A stretch of 64,000 bases of DNA from Amoebophrya sp. A120 (lineage: Eukaryota > Protista > Dinoflagellata), in NCBI GenBank assembly GCA_905178155.1, contig CAJINV010000002.1, positions 9,063,412 to 9,127,411 of the forward strand, given 5' to 3'. This document shows, one piece after another, positions 1 through 12,500 of the stretch. Positions within the stretch are counted from its first letter, which is position 1. Every line of letters begins with the position of its first letter. The position numbers and the translations under genes were made by a program. Under the pieces are notes generated by a model, which had not been told where the DNA came from, searched no databases, and was given only the letters and a program-made list of their open reading frames with translations.

Positions 1-2
1 TC

Positions 3-413
3 GCGGCGCAGCGGGAGTACCAGATCAAGGTCAAGGCCATCAACGCGTTCGGGCAGAGCGCCTTCACGGCGTACTCCGCCTCCGTGTGGACGCTAACCGA
101 GCCGAGCACGCCCGCGAACTTCCAGAACGTGACGGACAGCAGCAACACGACGAACAAGTTGCAGTTCACGGCGGCGTCGAACACGCAGGAACGGGGCGGG
201 GACGGCAGCAACAACGTGCAGTACATTTTCGAGGGCGACACCACGGACGGAACCTCCGGCACGGTGCTGCACACCATGCAGTGCGCGGGCGGGAACTGCC
301 AATTTCAGCACGAAAACCTGCAGACCTACGCCTTCTGGTACTACCGCATGCGGTCAAAGAACCAGGGCTACTACTCCGCCTACACCGCGATTCTGACCGT
401 GCAGGTTACGTAG
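3..413 (+). CDS. C-terminal end of a fibronectin type III repeat protein (5' part lies outside the window)
   Basis: The frame is open from nt 3: YQIKVKAINAFGQSAFT...WTLTEPSTPANF...YYRMRSKNQGYYSAY. These are two FN3-type Y-x-x-x-V-x-A-x-N-x-x-G strand motifs, with GC3-rich codons. Confidence 0.75.
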   Translation, partial: AAQREYQIKVKAINAFGQSAFTAYSASVWTLTEPSTPANFQNVTDSSNTTNKLQFTAASNTQERGGDGSNNVQYIFEGDTTDGTSGTVLHTMQCAGGNCQFQHENLQTYAFWYYRMRSKNQGYYSAYTAILTVQVT

Positions 414-1682
414 TGATGGGAAAAAGTGGTGCGCCGACGTCGGGAAGGTGCGGTAAAGGAGGCGAAGGAGGAATACGCATACGCCGGCGCATCACAATAA
501 GCAACGGGCGGGAGAACTACAAAGGGACTAGCACCAAGTCAAATTTGTCGTGATACTACAAAAAGAAGCAGTGACCTTGTCGATCGACGACGGGTTGCAA
601 GCGGTCTTGTATGCTCGTACAATACTTTGAAAGTGATAATTTAGTAGCGTTTTTTTGGAATTCGGATGCGAAAATATCAAATTGCCTTAAACTATCAATC
701 AACTATACAAGAAAAATGATACAGCGCGCTGACGCTGTCGCGCAAGTTCTACCTTCTATTTTCAAGCGATACTCTTACTCCAAAAATCAGAAAGATTAGT
801 ATGTGGTCGGAAAAATCGTCCTCCTCCTCCTCAGAAAGATTAGTATGGTCGTTCGGAAAAGCAAGACGCCACATAAACGCAATTTTTGTGCTGTTGACAT
901 CTTGCACTATGCGTGTCCGAAAGTGCGTCAATCGATCCTGATGAATACTTAAAAAGATTTTGCAACGCATTTTGTTTCCTTATTCGTTTCAGATGTTTAC
1001 CAGTTTGCTATCGCTTGCACGCCTTGCGCTAAGTCGCCTAGCGGAAGTACTCAGATTTTGTAGGAATTTGCTTTCACAGTTCCGGGTCGTGAGATGGAGG
1101 CCGGGGCTATCATTTCAGGTATTTATTGGACAGCGTGGAGTGTTACACTTTTGCTTGAAAAAGTAATCGTTTACGTTTCAAAAGTCAAAGACGCAGTATA
1201 GACACCAAGCTTCTTGAAAACGGAAGCCAGTCCGGCAAGAGCCTGTGGCAAAGCCGGCTCGTGTTCTGTCCGTCGATTGTTGAATGAGAGCAGGCATCTT
1301 GTCGGGCACCAGGCATTTTTGTCGTACATGGCTTTGCGATGCCTATCTTCGAGAGCTTCGGAGAGCCGGTTTCCCAGGGAGTGTTTTGCCCTTAGGTTGT
1401 TCGCATTTGGGCCCATTTCGTATGAGAGCAGCTCCCGCTCGTTAGAGATAGAGTCGCATTGCGTCGTGCTCTGTACTCGTCTTTGACCCGTCTCTCATCT
1501 ACTCGCAATAAATGCACATAACCCGCGATGTTGTTGTCTTGTTCTTGAGGTAATGAAGGACGTTGAAGACCTCGTCGCTGCCTGCTTCGGAGTAGATTGG
1601 TGGAAAATTAGATTGTAGAAACAAAATCAGAAATGAATTCGTTGGTCGATGATGGCGTGACGTGAAGATAGCGGATTTCATC

Positions 1683-3037
1683 ATGCGCGAAGTAGGTCGC
1701 CACCGGCGCCGGGGGATTGGTCCGACCGCACTGCTCCTGCTTCTCCGGAATGATGGAGGGGGACACTATCAATTTGTCTCCGGGAGCGCGACAAATCAGG
1801 TAGACATAGGTTCGTCGGGCCTGCTCGCGGGCGGCCAGGAGCAAGAAGCGGAAGAATGGACAAAAAAGCAAGGTATGGATAGTTCTTTCAAACGGTTTTG
1901 CTGCCAAACAAAATATGAAGAACCCAATTCCTCGTTTTCGGCATGGACGCCAGAATCTTCTTCGAGACATGGACTTTATTTCAAACAATTCAGTATCAAT
2001 CTATCGACTGTACCAAATCAGACACCCTTACCGAGCTTCTAGACCGGGAAGGAGGGGAGGAGGCACTGGCGAACTTGGAAAAAACCCTGGACGACATTTT
2101 GAAGCAGGATACTGGTGCTTCCGGCAACGCGGCAGACGGAACCAGCAGCAACGTCCAGGAAACTGCACCCGTTTTGCCTGCTTCAGGAGATGAAACGACA
2201 GCGCCGGCATCTGCAAAAATCGGAGAGCAGCAGACTGCCAGCACCGCAGACAACCGGATCGTGCCGGATGACACAAAAAACCCTGGCGCAGCTCCGGCTG
2301 GGGGAGGTGTGCAGCAAGTGTCCAGAAGTCAAGTCGTAGGTCAACAGCCTGTAGTACTAGATGGCGCAGGAGCTTCGACATCAAGAAGCACAAAGAACGA
2401 TAAGCCCACGACGAACGAACCGCCTTTGATCATCTCCGGCCCGGGGGGCGTGCTGGGGGGCGGCCTAGGGCAGGCGCAGCAAAGCGGGGACGCAGGAGCA
2501 GGTCCGGTGGTGGTACAGGAAGGGATTAATAGTTCAAACGGAAAGAAGTCGTTGGCCACTAACATGGGTGGCAGCGGCAGCTACCCCAGCAGTGCTGCAG
2601 CTGCATCTTCGAGCAGTACTACTGCAGCTGCTTCGGGTGCTGGACCACAGCAACAGGCTGTCCCAGTAGACGCACAGGAGCTACAACTTGCGTCTAGCGC
2701 GGCCAATACTGCAAAGATCTTCGCAGGTGGAGCACAACCTTTGCAGCAGCAACTCCTGGAGAATCAACAGCCACAGTATGTCACCATGGAACAGCTTCAA
2801 CAGGCCTTGCTTCTTCAGCAGCAACAGCAACAACAGCAGACAACTGAAAAATTTTACGAACAAGGCGACGAAGAGCAGTTGTGTCCGGACGCGAAAGACC
2901 AGCAAGGAAGCACCTGCGGCTCTGGCTACACGTACGCAGATGCTGACGTGGAAAACACGGCTTGCGACGTTAACGACGGCTGTGACTTCACGGCAACCTG
3001 CTGTGTGTTGCAGGAGTCACCACAGGTACCGATATGA
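1683..3037 (+). CDS. Low-complexity (A/Q/G-rich) protein, probably secreted, with a C-terminal Cys cluster; may continue into the 4182-6341 exons
   Basis: Exon 1 (1683-1872) has a hydrophobic stretch, ALLLLL. A GT-AG intron at 1873-2021 joins in frame to ORF 1943..3037, which has poly-Q and the motif CPDAK...TCGSG...TACDVNDGCDFTATCC. Confidence 0.55.
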
Positions 3038-4181
3038 ATATCTTGCTACAGAAGATGCTGCTTTTGATAGTAAGTTGTATGTTGTGCCTCTAGAAGTAAC
3101 GACGAATTGTGGTGATCAAATGCCCGCAGAGATCTGCTCACCCACGTATTGCGGAAGTGAAAAACTACACACTCACCAGGTTGCCGGGGCCTTCACGATT
3201 CAAATCGACCCAGTCGGGAAATTACGACACGAAAACTGTTTTAATCCTCGTTTATTTTCGTAGGTAGCTCTAAGTTGCTGCATATGCAGTCAATCATCAA
3301 GTACACATGTTTGCAGAGTGCATGAAGACCAGCTTCATATCAGAGAAGCGACATAGCTCACTTACCCGTAGAGCTACTTGTGGGATTGCAGGTACCGTGA
3401 GTTACTTGTGGGATTGCAGGACTAGGTTTTCGTGTCGATACAGATTCACTAAGTTTCATTCTGCGAACAACTTCACGTCATACGTCAAGAAGTAATTGGA
3501 GTCCAAGCGGGGTTCAAAGGGGATCGATTGTGTGCAGCTGCGAGGGTATGATAATAATTGGCATGAGCACGACGAGGACTTTTGCTGGGTAATATGAAGC
3601 GCCGCGGTGACAAGCTTTCGCAAAAGTCTTTCGTTGTCCATATGTTGCGCCATTCACAAATTGTAATTGCCCCCCGCTTGTTCGACTCCAAATTTTCCTA
3701 GCGATAGGAATGTCGCGACGACGATGGCCCTGACCTTGGGAATCAACGTTGGGAACATTACAATCGACAATGTGGTACGTGAATTCACGACTCTTCTACA
3801 GTTTTCACGAGGATTACGTGTATAGTACTTTAGACACTTACTCGCACACCATAGATAAGATGCGAGCAAACTGCTATTCCTGATGTTGACGACGCAGTAG
3901 TCTGTTATCTACTTTATCTCATGCAGTATACTCAACAAGGTGGATCGGAGTGGCGGGGGCAACGGGACAAAGTATGACATCGCAAAAAAGCTCTTCTGCA
4001 TTTGCGTGCAGTTGTCTGCGGAAATAAAATGAGTAATGCTGAAAAACAAGAAGATGGGCTCACGTAGGCCAGCATGATTTTGGAGCTGCTCTGCCCACGT
4101 AGCTGCATCATGTGATCCTGCTAGGGCGGCCTCCTGTTAAAACGAAACTGCAACGCGCCTGCAATATTTTGAGCTTTTCGC

Positions 4182-6341
4182 TTGCATAAAGCCAGAGGTC
4201 AGAACAGCGGCAGAGGAGGTGGGAACGGCGGGGGTGGGAACGGCGGAGGTGGTTCTCAGAACGCGGGTGGAAACGGGGACGGTGGAAGAAACGGAAACGG
4301 TGGCAGTAACACGGCTGCCTTGCACGAACGTGGTCGCGGACGGCACAGGCGTGGGCATCGGCACAAAAGGCACCGAAGGCAACATGGGGGTCAAGGAAGA
4401 GTCACGATGTCGATGGAAGAGGTACAATCTAATATTAGAGGATCTTCATCAAGTTGCAATTGCAAACTCAAGTGGTTCTTTTACTCCGAGGACGGCAGTG
4501 CCAGATCATACTTCCTGTTGAAAAAGAATTCTGGGACGATAAAACGAGATGCGTTCAGCTACAGGAATGAACAAAAGCTTTATGTAGATTGCAATAACAT
4601 TACGTACAGGTCCAGGTCCTCGACCGGAGCAATGCGAACGCCACTGGAGCTCCCGCCTCTGCTGCACCGGGAACAAACGAAAAAATTCAGCTTCAAAAAC
4701 AAAGCCCCGCGACTCCCGTCGCAGCGAATGGTCTCGACGCCAGCGAAAGTGAAGAACCCCCAAAAAAGCTAGTGCGACGCCACGACACCCTACCTAAAAC
4801 CAGTCCGCAGAGCATGCTGGAGATGCGGCAGAGGACGCGAAGAGAAGAAGAAGGTGTTGAGGTGATCGAGGAGTCAGGGCGGGAGGATTTCTCGGAGCGG
4901 GATGGGAGCGGTTCGCAGTCCAGTGCTTCGGATTCCGACGAGGAGATTGAAAGTGACCGATACGAACACGATCCAGAAGACCGCCGAAGCACCAGAAGAA
5001 GTTTTGTCCCCCGGCATCACCACTCTGCTGCGCCGCACATGCGAACAACTACGAGGAAAAAGGGTAACACCTGGCTGACGAGTTTTGTGGAACAGGTGAA
5101 ACAGCAGTACCACAGTCTCGTCGGCGTGGAAGAGCAGGACCACGGGAGGTGGAGAACATCAAGGCGGCATGATACGCATTCTGATCTTATGGAGAGGACG
5201 AGCAACTATCGGAACACGAGGCGGATGAAAAGCGAAGGAAGGTCCGGGCGTCACAAGAGGAGAGGCGCAGCGTCCAGGGGACAAAAGCGGCACAGGATGA
5301 AGGGAGGACGCCAGCAACATCACCGCCAGCAACATCACCACCGCAGCTCGCATCTCGAGCCAGATTTCGAGGAAGTTTACGAAAATTCTGAGTTTCCCGA
5401 GGATGATGTGTCGTACACAACCTTGCTCGAGGAAGACGACGACGAGTCCGAGTTTTTCGAAGCGGCGGAACGGGGAAATGCGGGCGAGTTGTCAATTGCG
5501 TACAAGATAAAGGTCTCGACGCCCGCGGAAGCCTACGAGGTGGCGGAGCAGTTGGAAGACGAAGAAACGTACAACGATTTTGTGGCGAAATTGGTCCAGG
5601 CGACGCCGGATGTGAGCAATATCACGCTGGTCAGCTTCGAGCAGCCACTGGTCACGGGGACGGACGAGGTACGTCAACAGGTTTTCTGCAAATGATATCA
5701 TGCGTTTTTTTGCTGATGCAAAGATAGAAATCATTACGAGCAGCGCTTGTGCTCGACGCATTTAGTAAGTGAGACTGGGCAAGAAATATTTAGAACTCCG
5801 TGCTGCGCAAACAATTCAAACATTGCCTTTCGAACGCGAACCGAAACAACTTTCACAGGCGTCTGGGAGCGGCGGCAGCAGCGGCGGTTCCAACCTGGCC
5901 ATCATTATCTGCTCGATCGCCGTCGGTGGTATGTTCATGCTGCTCCTTCTCGTCATGTGCTGGGCAGAGCCGAGCGATCCCCACCCGTCGCCGGGCCTCG
6001 GGTACAACGGCAACGAGCAGTGGCGCGCAAGGTCGCCGCACGATGACTGGGACAGGAACGGATACGGCCAGCAGCAGGGCGGTGGCAAGTACGGTGGCAA
6101 GGGCGGGTGGTACGGGGAGGGGGAGGCGATGTCGAAACCGAAGGGCGCGGCCTCCCCCGGCAGTGTCGTGGGCGGCGCTGCCAAAAATAATCCCTTTAGC
6201 AACAGCGGCACGACGGACGGCGCGCAAGGACAAAAGCAGCAGAGTGCCAGCGCCAACAGCAACGCAAAAAGCACGGTGGTGCGTGGGGTACCGGAGCCGC
6301 AGCATGCGGCTTACGACCACGAGGACGACTCCGACATTTAG
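4182..6341 (+). CDS. Multi-exon low-complexity protein (Gly-rich, Arg/His-rich, acidic) with a single TM helix near the C-terminus
   Basis: Overlapping ORFs 4182, 4772 and 5769 are separated by GT..AG-like segments (~4422-4610, ~5669-5858). TM segment LAIIICSIAVGGMFMLLLLVMCW. Exon boundaries are approximate. Confidence 0.5.
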
Positions 6342-7175
6342 CTCGAGGTGAACCTGCCGCCCTCTTGCGTTTGATGAAGCAACTATGTAGTTCTGTGCAA
6401 ATGCAAATCAGAGATTCAGCGAAACTTTCTTGTATGATACACAACGACCTCAGTAAGGATAAGCCAGATTATAATTTGCAGTCGACAGTAATAATTTCTG
6501 ATCCAAGATTATTTGAGTAATGTAGTGTGCCTCCCGAAGCAGCCGCACGTGTATTAAGGCACGAGAACAACAGCTTTCACCTTGAAAAATGAACAAACTG
6601 TAGACCGTAGAAAAAGGCGACTAAACTTTCAATTGATGACTTTTGACGAGACACTACTTGTACCAAATAAAATGACTCCAGGAAACAAAGCGAAATTCGC
6701 AGCTTTCCAAACGTTTCACAAACTAGCCTGGGCTCGGAAAATTAAAAATCGGAATCAATGACCGGATAGAAGAGCGCGCGTCCAGCAGGTGGGAAAGTGC
6801 ATACATAACTAGTTGTGTGTTGCGATTTCGATTGCCAGGTTCAGCGTAGAGTGTGAACTTACGCTGGCGGAATGTGCTGCGCCACGACCGGGGCGCACGT
6901 CTAAGAACACATACCTGGGCGTGGATGGGTTACTTACTAGAAGAGCTGTAGGTAAGGTAGGGTACTATCCACTGCAGCACTTTTCGTCGGTCTTTCTCTT
7001 TAGGTCGTCAGTTGCGTAAACAGCTACAGAGAGAGGCGTCATTTGTGAGTGTTCATATGTCATTTCCCTCTCCAGTCCGTCAAGGAAACATAGAATAGTG
7101 CAAAGCCGTGCGTTAAATGTATGAAAAATCGCACGATAAGTCTAGTGCCATCATCAAAATAAAGAAAGCTTCGTC

Positions 7176-9315
7176 ATGGAGAATAAACCTCGGAGTCCGG
7201 CTGCCGAGCGGAGGGAGATGCTGCAGATGCTCAAGGCAGAAAAGGAGCGGCTGATTGCCGAGCGAAGTTTGTCGGCCTCGCCGGCAAAACAGCAGGAAGC
7301 AAGTGAAGAAATTGCTAAAGACGAGGCACTAGAGCCGCCGACATTGCCGAAGCCGGGAGAAGACGGTAATCACGAGACAACTGAGATGGACAACGCCCAG
7401 ATGGAAGTCGTGGAGGATCATGCGGTAGAAGTGAGTAGCGACGAAGAAAACCCGATCGGAAAGAAGGACTGGTATACCGTCCTGTGTCGCAAGGAGAGCG
7501 AAGTGGAAAAGCTAGAGGCACAGCTGCAGAGGCTGACGGTACTGAACTTTGAGCAGTTCTTAGGTATCGCAAAAAATTGTGGTAAAACACAAACAGGCAC
7601 GATACTGCTCCCGCTAGGTAGTTTTCTTGTCTCCGCTTAAGCGAGATGTTGTCGTGCCGGCTCCGACATACGAGAGCAGGAAGACTGCGAATACAAATGC
7701 AACTCCAATAAAAAATCTGCTAAAAAGTACTACTATGCATTTTCCACCCACTGCAGGCCCGTTTGACCGAGAAGCGAGAGCAGCTGCGCTCGCACAGGAA
7801 GGAGCAGGCGTACTGTGGGCGCGAAATTGAGAAGGCGAAGCAAGAGTCACAGCAGTTAACGGAGAAACTGCAGAAGCAGCGGCTGGAGAAGCAGCAGTTG
7901 CTGAACAAAAAAGATCTGCTCAAGCAACGGAAGCAGCTCCTGCTGAAAACCATCCAGAACAGCCGGGAAAACGTCGGCGAGGCGAAGCTGCTACAGCAAA
8001 TTTTGTCGCACCAGGTGGACCAGTTGCAAGTGGAAAAGAACACGAGCCGGCAGCAAGTCAAAAAACTGCACGAGGAACTCACTAGCCTGGACCAGCTCGC
8101 CGGGGAGCTGCATTCCTTGCTCAGCAAGGAAAACAAACAGCGAAAGGTACAGCACCTTTATTTACTTATCATGCCGTTCATCAATGCGTTCGAGATGAAC
8201 ATCTTCTATTTAGGTCGTTATGTAATATGAGAGGCTGAAACTTTGCATGTCGTCGGACACAATGATGCAAACTTTCTGCTTCACGTCATGGAAATTTCTA
8301 TACCTCAGGCCCTGAAGACGATGATTTCGGAGAAAATAGTGGAACACGACGCGGAGATGGAAGAAATGACGCGACGAATAGAAAAGCGTGAGGGCGTCGC
8401 AGAGGAACGCAGAAAGCTCGTAGAAGCGCAGGCGGAGTTGCACAAGTGGCAAGAGGACCAGCAAAGAATGTACTCTTTGCATGAAGAAATATGGTTTGAT
8501 GTGGATTTTCAATGTCGCACGAGTCGATTATAATTTTTTTTCCATTTGGCTATATGTTGTGTCTCGCGAAAGATCGCCTGGCCCTCCTCTGACATGAGTA
8601 CAGAAAAGAGCATATTTACAAATCGAAACTCGTCCTGAGGTACGTCGAATCGCTGCACCTGGAGACCATCGTGCAAAATCGCGAGGTCGAGACCCAGGAG
8701 CTGCGCCGCCAGCTGAAGGCTTTGTGGGCCGAGCACCAGGAGCTGTTCGTGAAGACGGAGGAGAAGAAGAAGAAGCTTTACGCGCTCGAGGCGAAAAGCC
8801 GCGAGGAGGAGAACAAAAAGCAGTACTTTGGCGGCCTGGGAGGGGATCCTGCAGATCGTCGTGGAAATGCTGTTTCCAGTGGCGCGACAAAATTTTCACC
8901 TAGGACGAGAGGTACTACAGGACAACTTTCTTCTTCGCAAAAGATGGAAATCGAGCAGGACGACGATCGCGACACGTCGGACCACCTGAACGGCACCACC
9001 GCAACACGCTTGATCGAACAGATCACCGCGGAGGGAGGGACCAGTCTGACTCATTCCGCGGTGAAGTCCAAGGAGCACCGGTGGATTGACGCCATGAATC
9101 AGTCCGTGCGCTCGGTGCGGAGCAGCAAGGCGCTGGAGTTAGGGCCCCCCGTTTCTGTGCGAGCAGGACAACACATCAACTCGAGCCAAATCGGGAACGA
9201 CATCTCACCCATCAACATCTCGCCTTTCGCAGGCGGAGGCGGCTCGGGCTCGCGGCGGGGGCAGGATCAAAATTCAAGCTTGCTGGGAGGCAGCAGAAAT
9301 AATAAAGCAGGTTGA
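7176..9315 (+). CDS. Multi-exon coiled-coil protein of unknown function
   Basis: ORFs 7176, 7763, 8243 and 8671 each contain E/K/Q/L heptad-rich segments separated by AT-richer intron-like blocks. Confidence 0.6.
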
Positions 9316-9597
9316 ATGTTGGCAAATTTGAATAGTGAGATTTTGGTTTTCCGCTCAGCGCACGAATCTTCAAGCTTTACCTACACTGAATACTTTGACA
9401 CGGAAACTCTACGCAAGAAAAACAACGAATGCAGCGAGTACAAGCGTGATTATCTGGAAGCGAGGCGTGTTCGCCGTGATCACTGTGCGCTGTGAAGATA
9501 GATACATTTGAGCGCTGCGACTCTGTTTGAAATTTCCACCTCAAAGTACGCGACGTTCGTAGAGAACCAGGCTACAGCACATTATGTGGGCCGAGTG

Positions 9598-12500
9598 ATG
9601 CTTAAGAATGGAATTGCTCCGGCACCCACGGCGCTCGCTCTCCTGTTTGTGGTCGCTCGAGTAGCTGGCCCTTTGGGCTTGTTCGTGCCTACTTCCCAAG
9701 GAATTCTGGGGACGAGCACCAACGGGCGGCAACAATGCGCGGGAGCAGCAATGTGGTTGCGCGGTTTCCACTTCGCAGCTGCAGCGTGGAGCGGTGGGCA
9801 ACTCGGTAGCTATGAGATCTTCGGGGTTCCCGGCGCCGCGGCTGTGTCCGTGAAGACGATCGCAGCGAACAGGAAGAATGCCAAGAATGGAAAGGCTTTT
9901 CGCGTCGGGGTTCTTACCAACGTGAATTTTGTCTGCAGCTGAAAAATTCTAAAATTTTGTTTTTGGGTGTAGCCGCAAAGCAGTCCGGGCTGTCGCAGTC
10001 CCGGTGGCCTCGAAGATTGTAGTGGGATGGAGCAGGAACACCTCCAGCGGAAGGCACCTCGTCCGCGGTAGCTGGCCATTGTCCGCTTCTCGCATTTCTA
10101 CCTTCCTTCTCGGGGAAGCCCGGATCTCCACCCCTCGGCCATTCCAGCTGCTCTGACCTCTCAACACTGAGGATTCGGGCTGGCCACGGTAAGTCGAATG
10201 CACTGTAAAAAATCTAATAAATACAATGCAAATCCATACACTAGATGAAGGTCCGTAGCTAGTTTAACAGAATAGCTATGCTTTGAGTCCGAATTTTCTA
10301 GATAGGCGGGGATAATCGGCGTTGCGGACGGCCTCGACCACTTGCTGCTCTTCCTGCCCGACCTGCGACGCCCAATGCGCATGTTGCACCACCTGGTGCA
10401 TCATTTCATCGTCCCGTAGATGCTGGAAAACACCGGTCCGGTGCGTGCTGTTCAAAGAGGCCTCGACGCTCCGGCTTATGTGATCAACATGCGACTCAAA
10501 ACGCTATATAGTTAAACTAGCTACGGACCTTCATACTTCCATTCGAAAAAATGCATGACAGAATGATAAGACTAATGCAAATAATGAACAAAGTGCCTAG
10601 CTTTCAATATGCGTTTGCGAAAAGAGGGTGAATTGATCGTGATCGGTTGAAATTATATAGAAAAATCGAAGGAGAATCCGCAGCCTCCGGAAACTTACCA
10701 TCATGGAGCCCCTAGCCGTCGTCGCCAGCAAGGACCTCTCGCAGTCAAACTCGGCTTCTGTGACGATGAAGTGCCCTGCTTCAGCAGGGAAAGCCGCAAT
10801 ACCGCAACGCTTCGAACAGCAGCGTCGCCTCCAGCAGCAGATATAAAGGCGGCCGCGCGCCGCCGCAAAAATGAATTTTTGAATTTTTCAGCTGCAGACA
10901 AAATTCCTCTTGGTAGTTCTTCCCGGCGCCGCGGCTGTGTCCGTGAAGACGGTCGCAGCGAACAGGAAGAATGCCAAGAATGGAAAGTCTCTGCTATGGT
11001 GGCGTCAGCGACGCTTTTTTCAAAACTTTGGGCGGATGTCGGGAGGCGCCCTCACTTCCCGAAATGATCTCAGACAATGCGCGCGGGCTAACACGGCGGG
11101 CCTGTTCATGGGCGTCTAGCTTGGCTCCCCCCTCATTGGGCCTGCGCAATCAAGTGCACGGCCCGCTTCTGCAGTTTCATTGCCCGAATGCGCACGGGCG
11201 GAAGGGCGGCGCATTTGCAAAAAATACGCATACAAAAATTCTCAGCATACTTGAAAAAAGCGTCGTTGACCGGGCCATATCCCGGCGCCGCGGCTGTGTC
11301 CGTGAAGACGATCGCAGCGAACAGGAAGAATGCCAAGAATGGAAAGTCTCCGCGCGTCGGCGACCACGGCGCGAGCAGTCATCGGCAGCACCACCGGGCG
11401 GCATCAAGTGGCGAGCGGCACTACCGCAGCGTCGGTCCCCCGAGTGCATCTCCCCCGCCACCTCCTGCTAACTACATAGGTGGCGCCGCACCCGCACGTC
11501 CGCAGGAAAATGCATTGCTGCAGCAAGAGCAAGAGGACGAGGTCGAGGGCGATTCCGAATTGGTGGGCCTAGGTGCTCCTGTGATTGCCAGGGGATCCAG
11601 GGCGCCGCGGAGATCCCCTACGTCTATTTCCACGCTGGCAAGTAGCAGTACCGACACGGAGGATGCATCGCAAGACAATAGTGAAACGCTAGATAATCAT
11701 GCCGGGCCGCTGGAAGATGGTGAGATGGTTGCTTTGGCACGAGTATCCCAGTCCGCCGCTGCCGCCGCGAGTTCGTCGCAGTACGTTTGCGTGTTCGACA
11801 CGGGGGCGCAGAACGACACTTGGTGTGAGCAGCAGCCACCAGACGGCGATATTCTGTGGACCAACGGAACGAATTTTGCGTATCTGGACGTGAACGGCAC
11901 CGCGCTGCCGCAAAGCTGCAAGTGCATCCAGCGCGTGGGCTACGACCTCGCCGCATACTTGTGGACGAAGTACGAATACCTGAAACCGGAGCAGGATGAC
12001 GCGTGGTGCAACGAGCAGCAGATACAGGGAAGCCCAAACTTTTTGTACCAGCCCGCCACGGAGTCGACTCTGCCGTCGCTGCTGAGCGGAATCGACGACG
12101 AACACGGGGCCGCCTGCCTGCTGCGGCTTCCGAAGGCCCTGCCAACCGCGTCGTACGTCTGTGTCTCCTACGCCGCGGGGCAAGACGACGCCTGGTGCGA
12201 GCAGGAAAGCCAAGTGAACGGAACCAACTTTCTCTATACGCAGGGCGAAAATCAGCCCTTCTTTCGCCTTCCGAAGGGTCAGCGGTACACGAACTGCCGC
12301 TGCCTGCAGCAGCTCCCCTACAACATTGACGCCTTCACCTGGAAACCGCACGACTACACGCAGGGGGAAGACAGCGAGTGGTGTAAAACGCAGCAGCAAA
12401 ACGGAAACGGCTACATTTTCACCGACGGGAAGGGGCACGAGGCGTTTCCCTCCAAGCGGAACGCCGTGAGTCCGGCCAACCCCGTTCTTTGCCTGCGCCG

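Larger units (their letters stand above)
9828..11353 (+). repeat. Three near-identical ~70-bp coding repeats (PGAAAVSVKTIAANRKNAKNGK)
   Basis: tcccggcgccgcggctgtgtccgtgaagacgatcgcagcgaacaggaagaatgccaagaatggaaag occurs at ~9828, 10921 and 11280. Confidence 0.9.

Noticed and set aside
3374-3420. Short local duplications (tacttgtgggattgcagg x2; similar pairs at ~788-846, ~41501-41544 and ~63788-63830)
   Set aside because: Two-copy slippage-type duplications with no further structure.
9662-9817. Possible further in-frame non-canonical intron (tagct...agcta) whose removal would give a cleaner signal peptide
   Set aside because: The IR is only 5 bp, the DR is imperfect and the frame is open without splicing, so it cannot be supported without cDNA.
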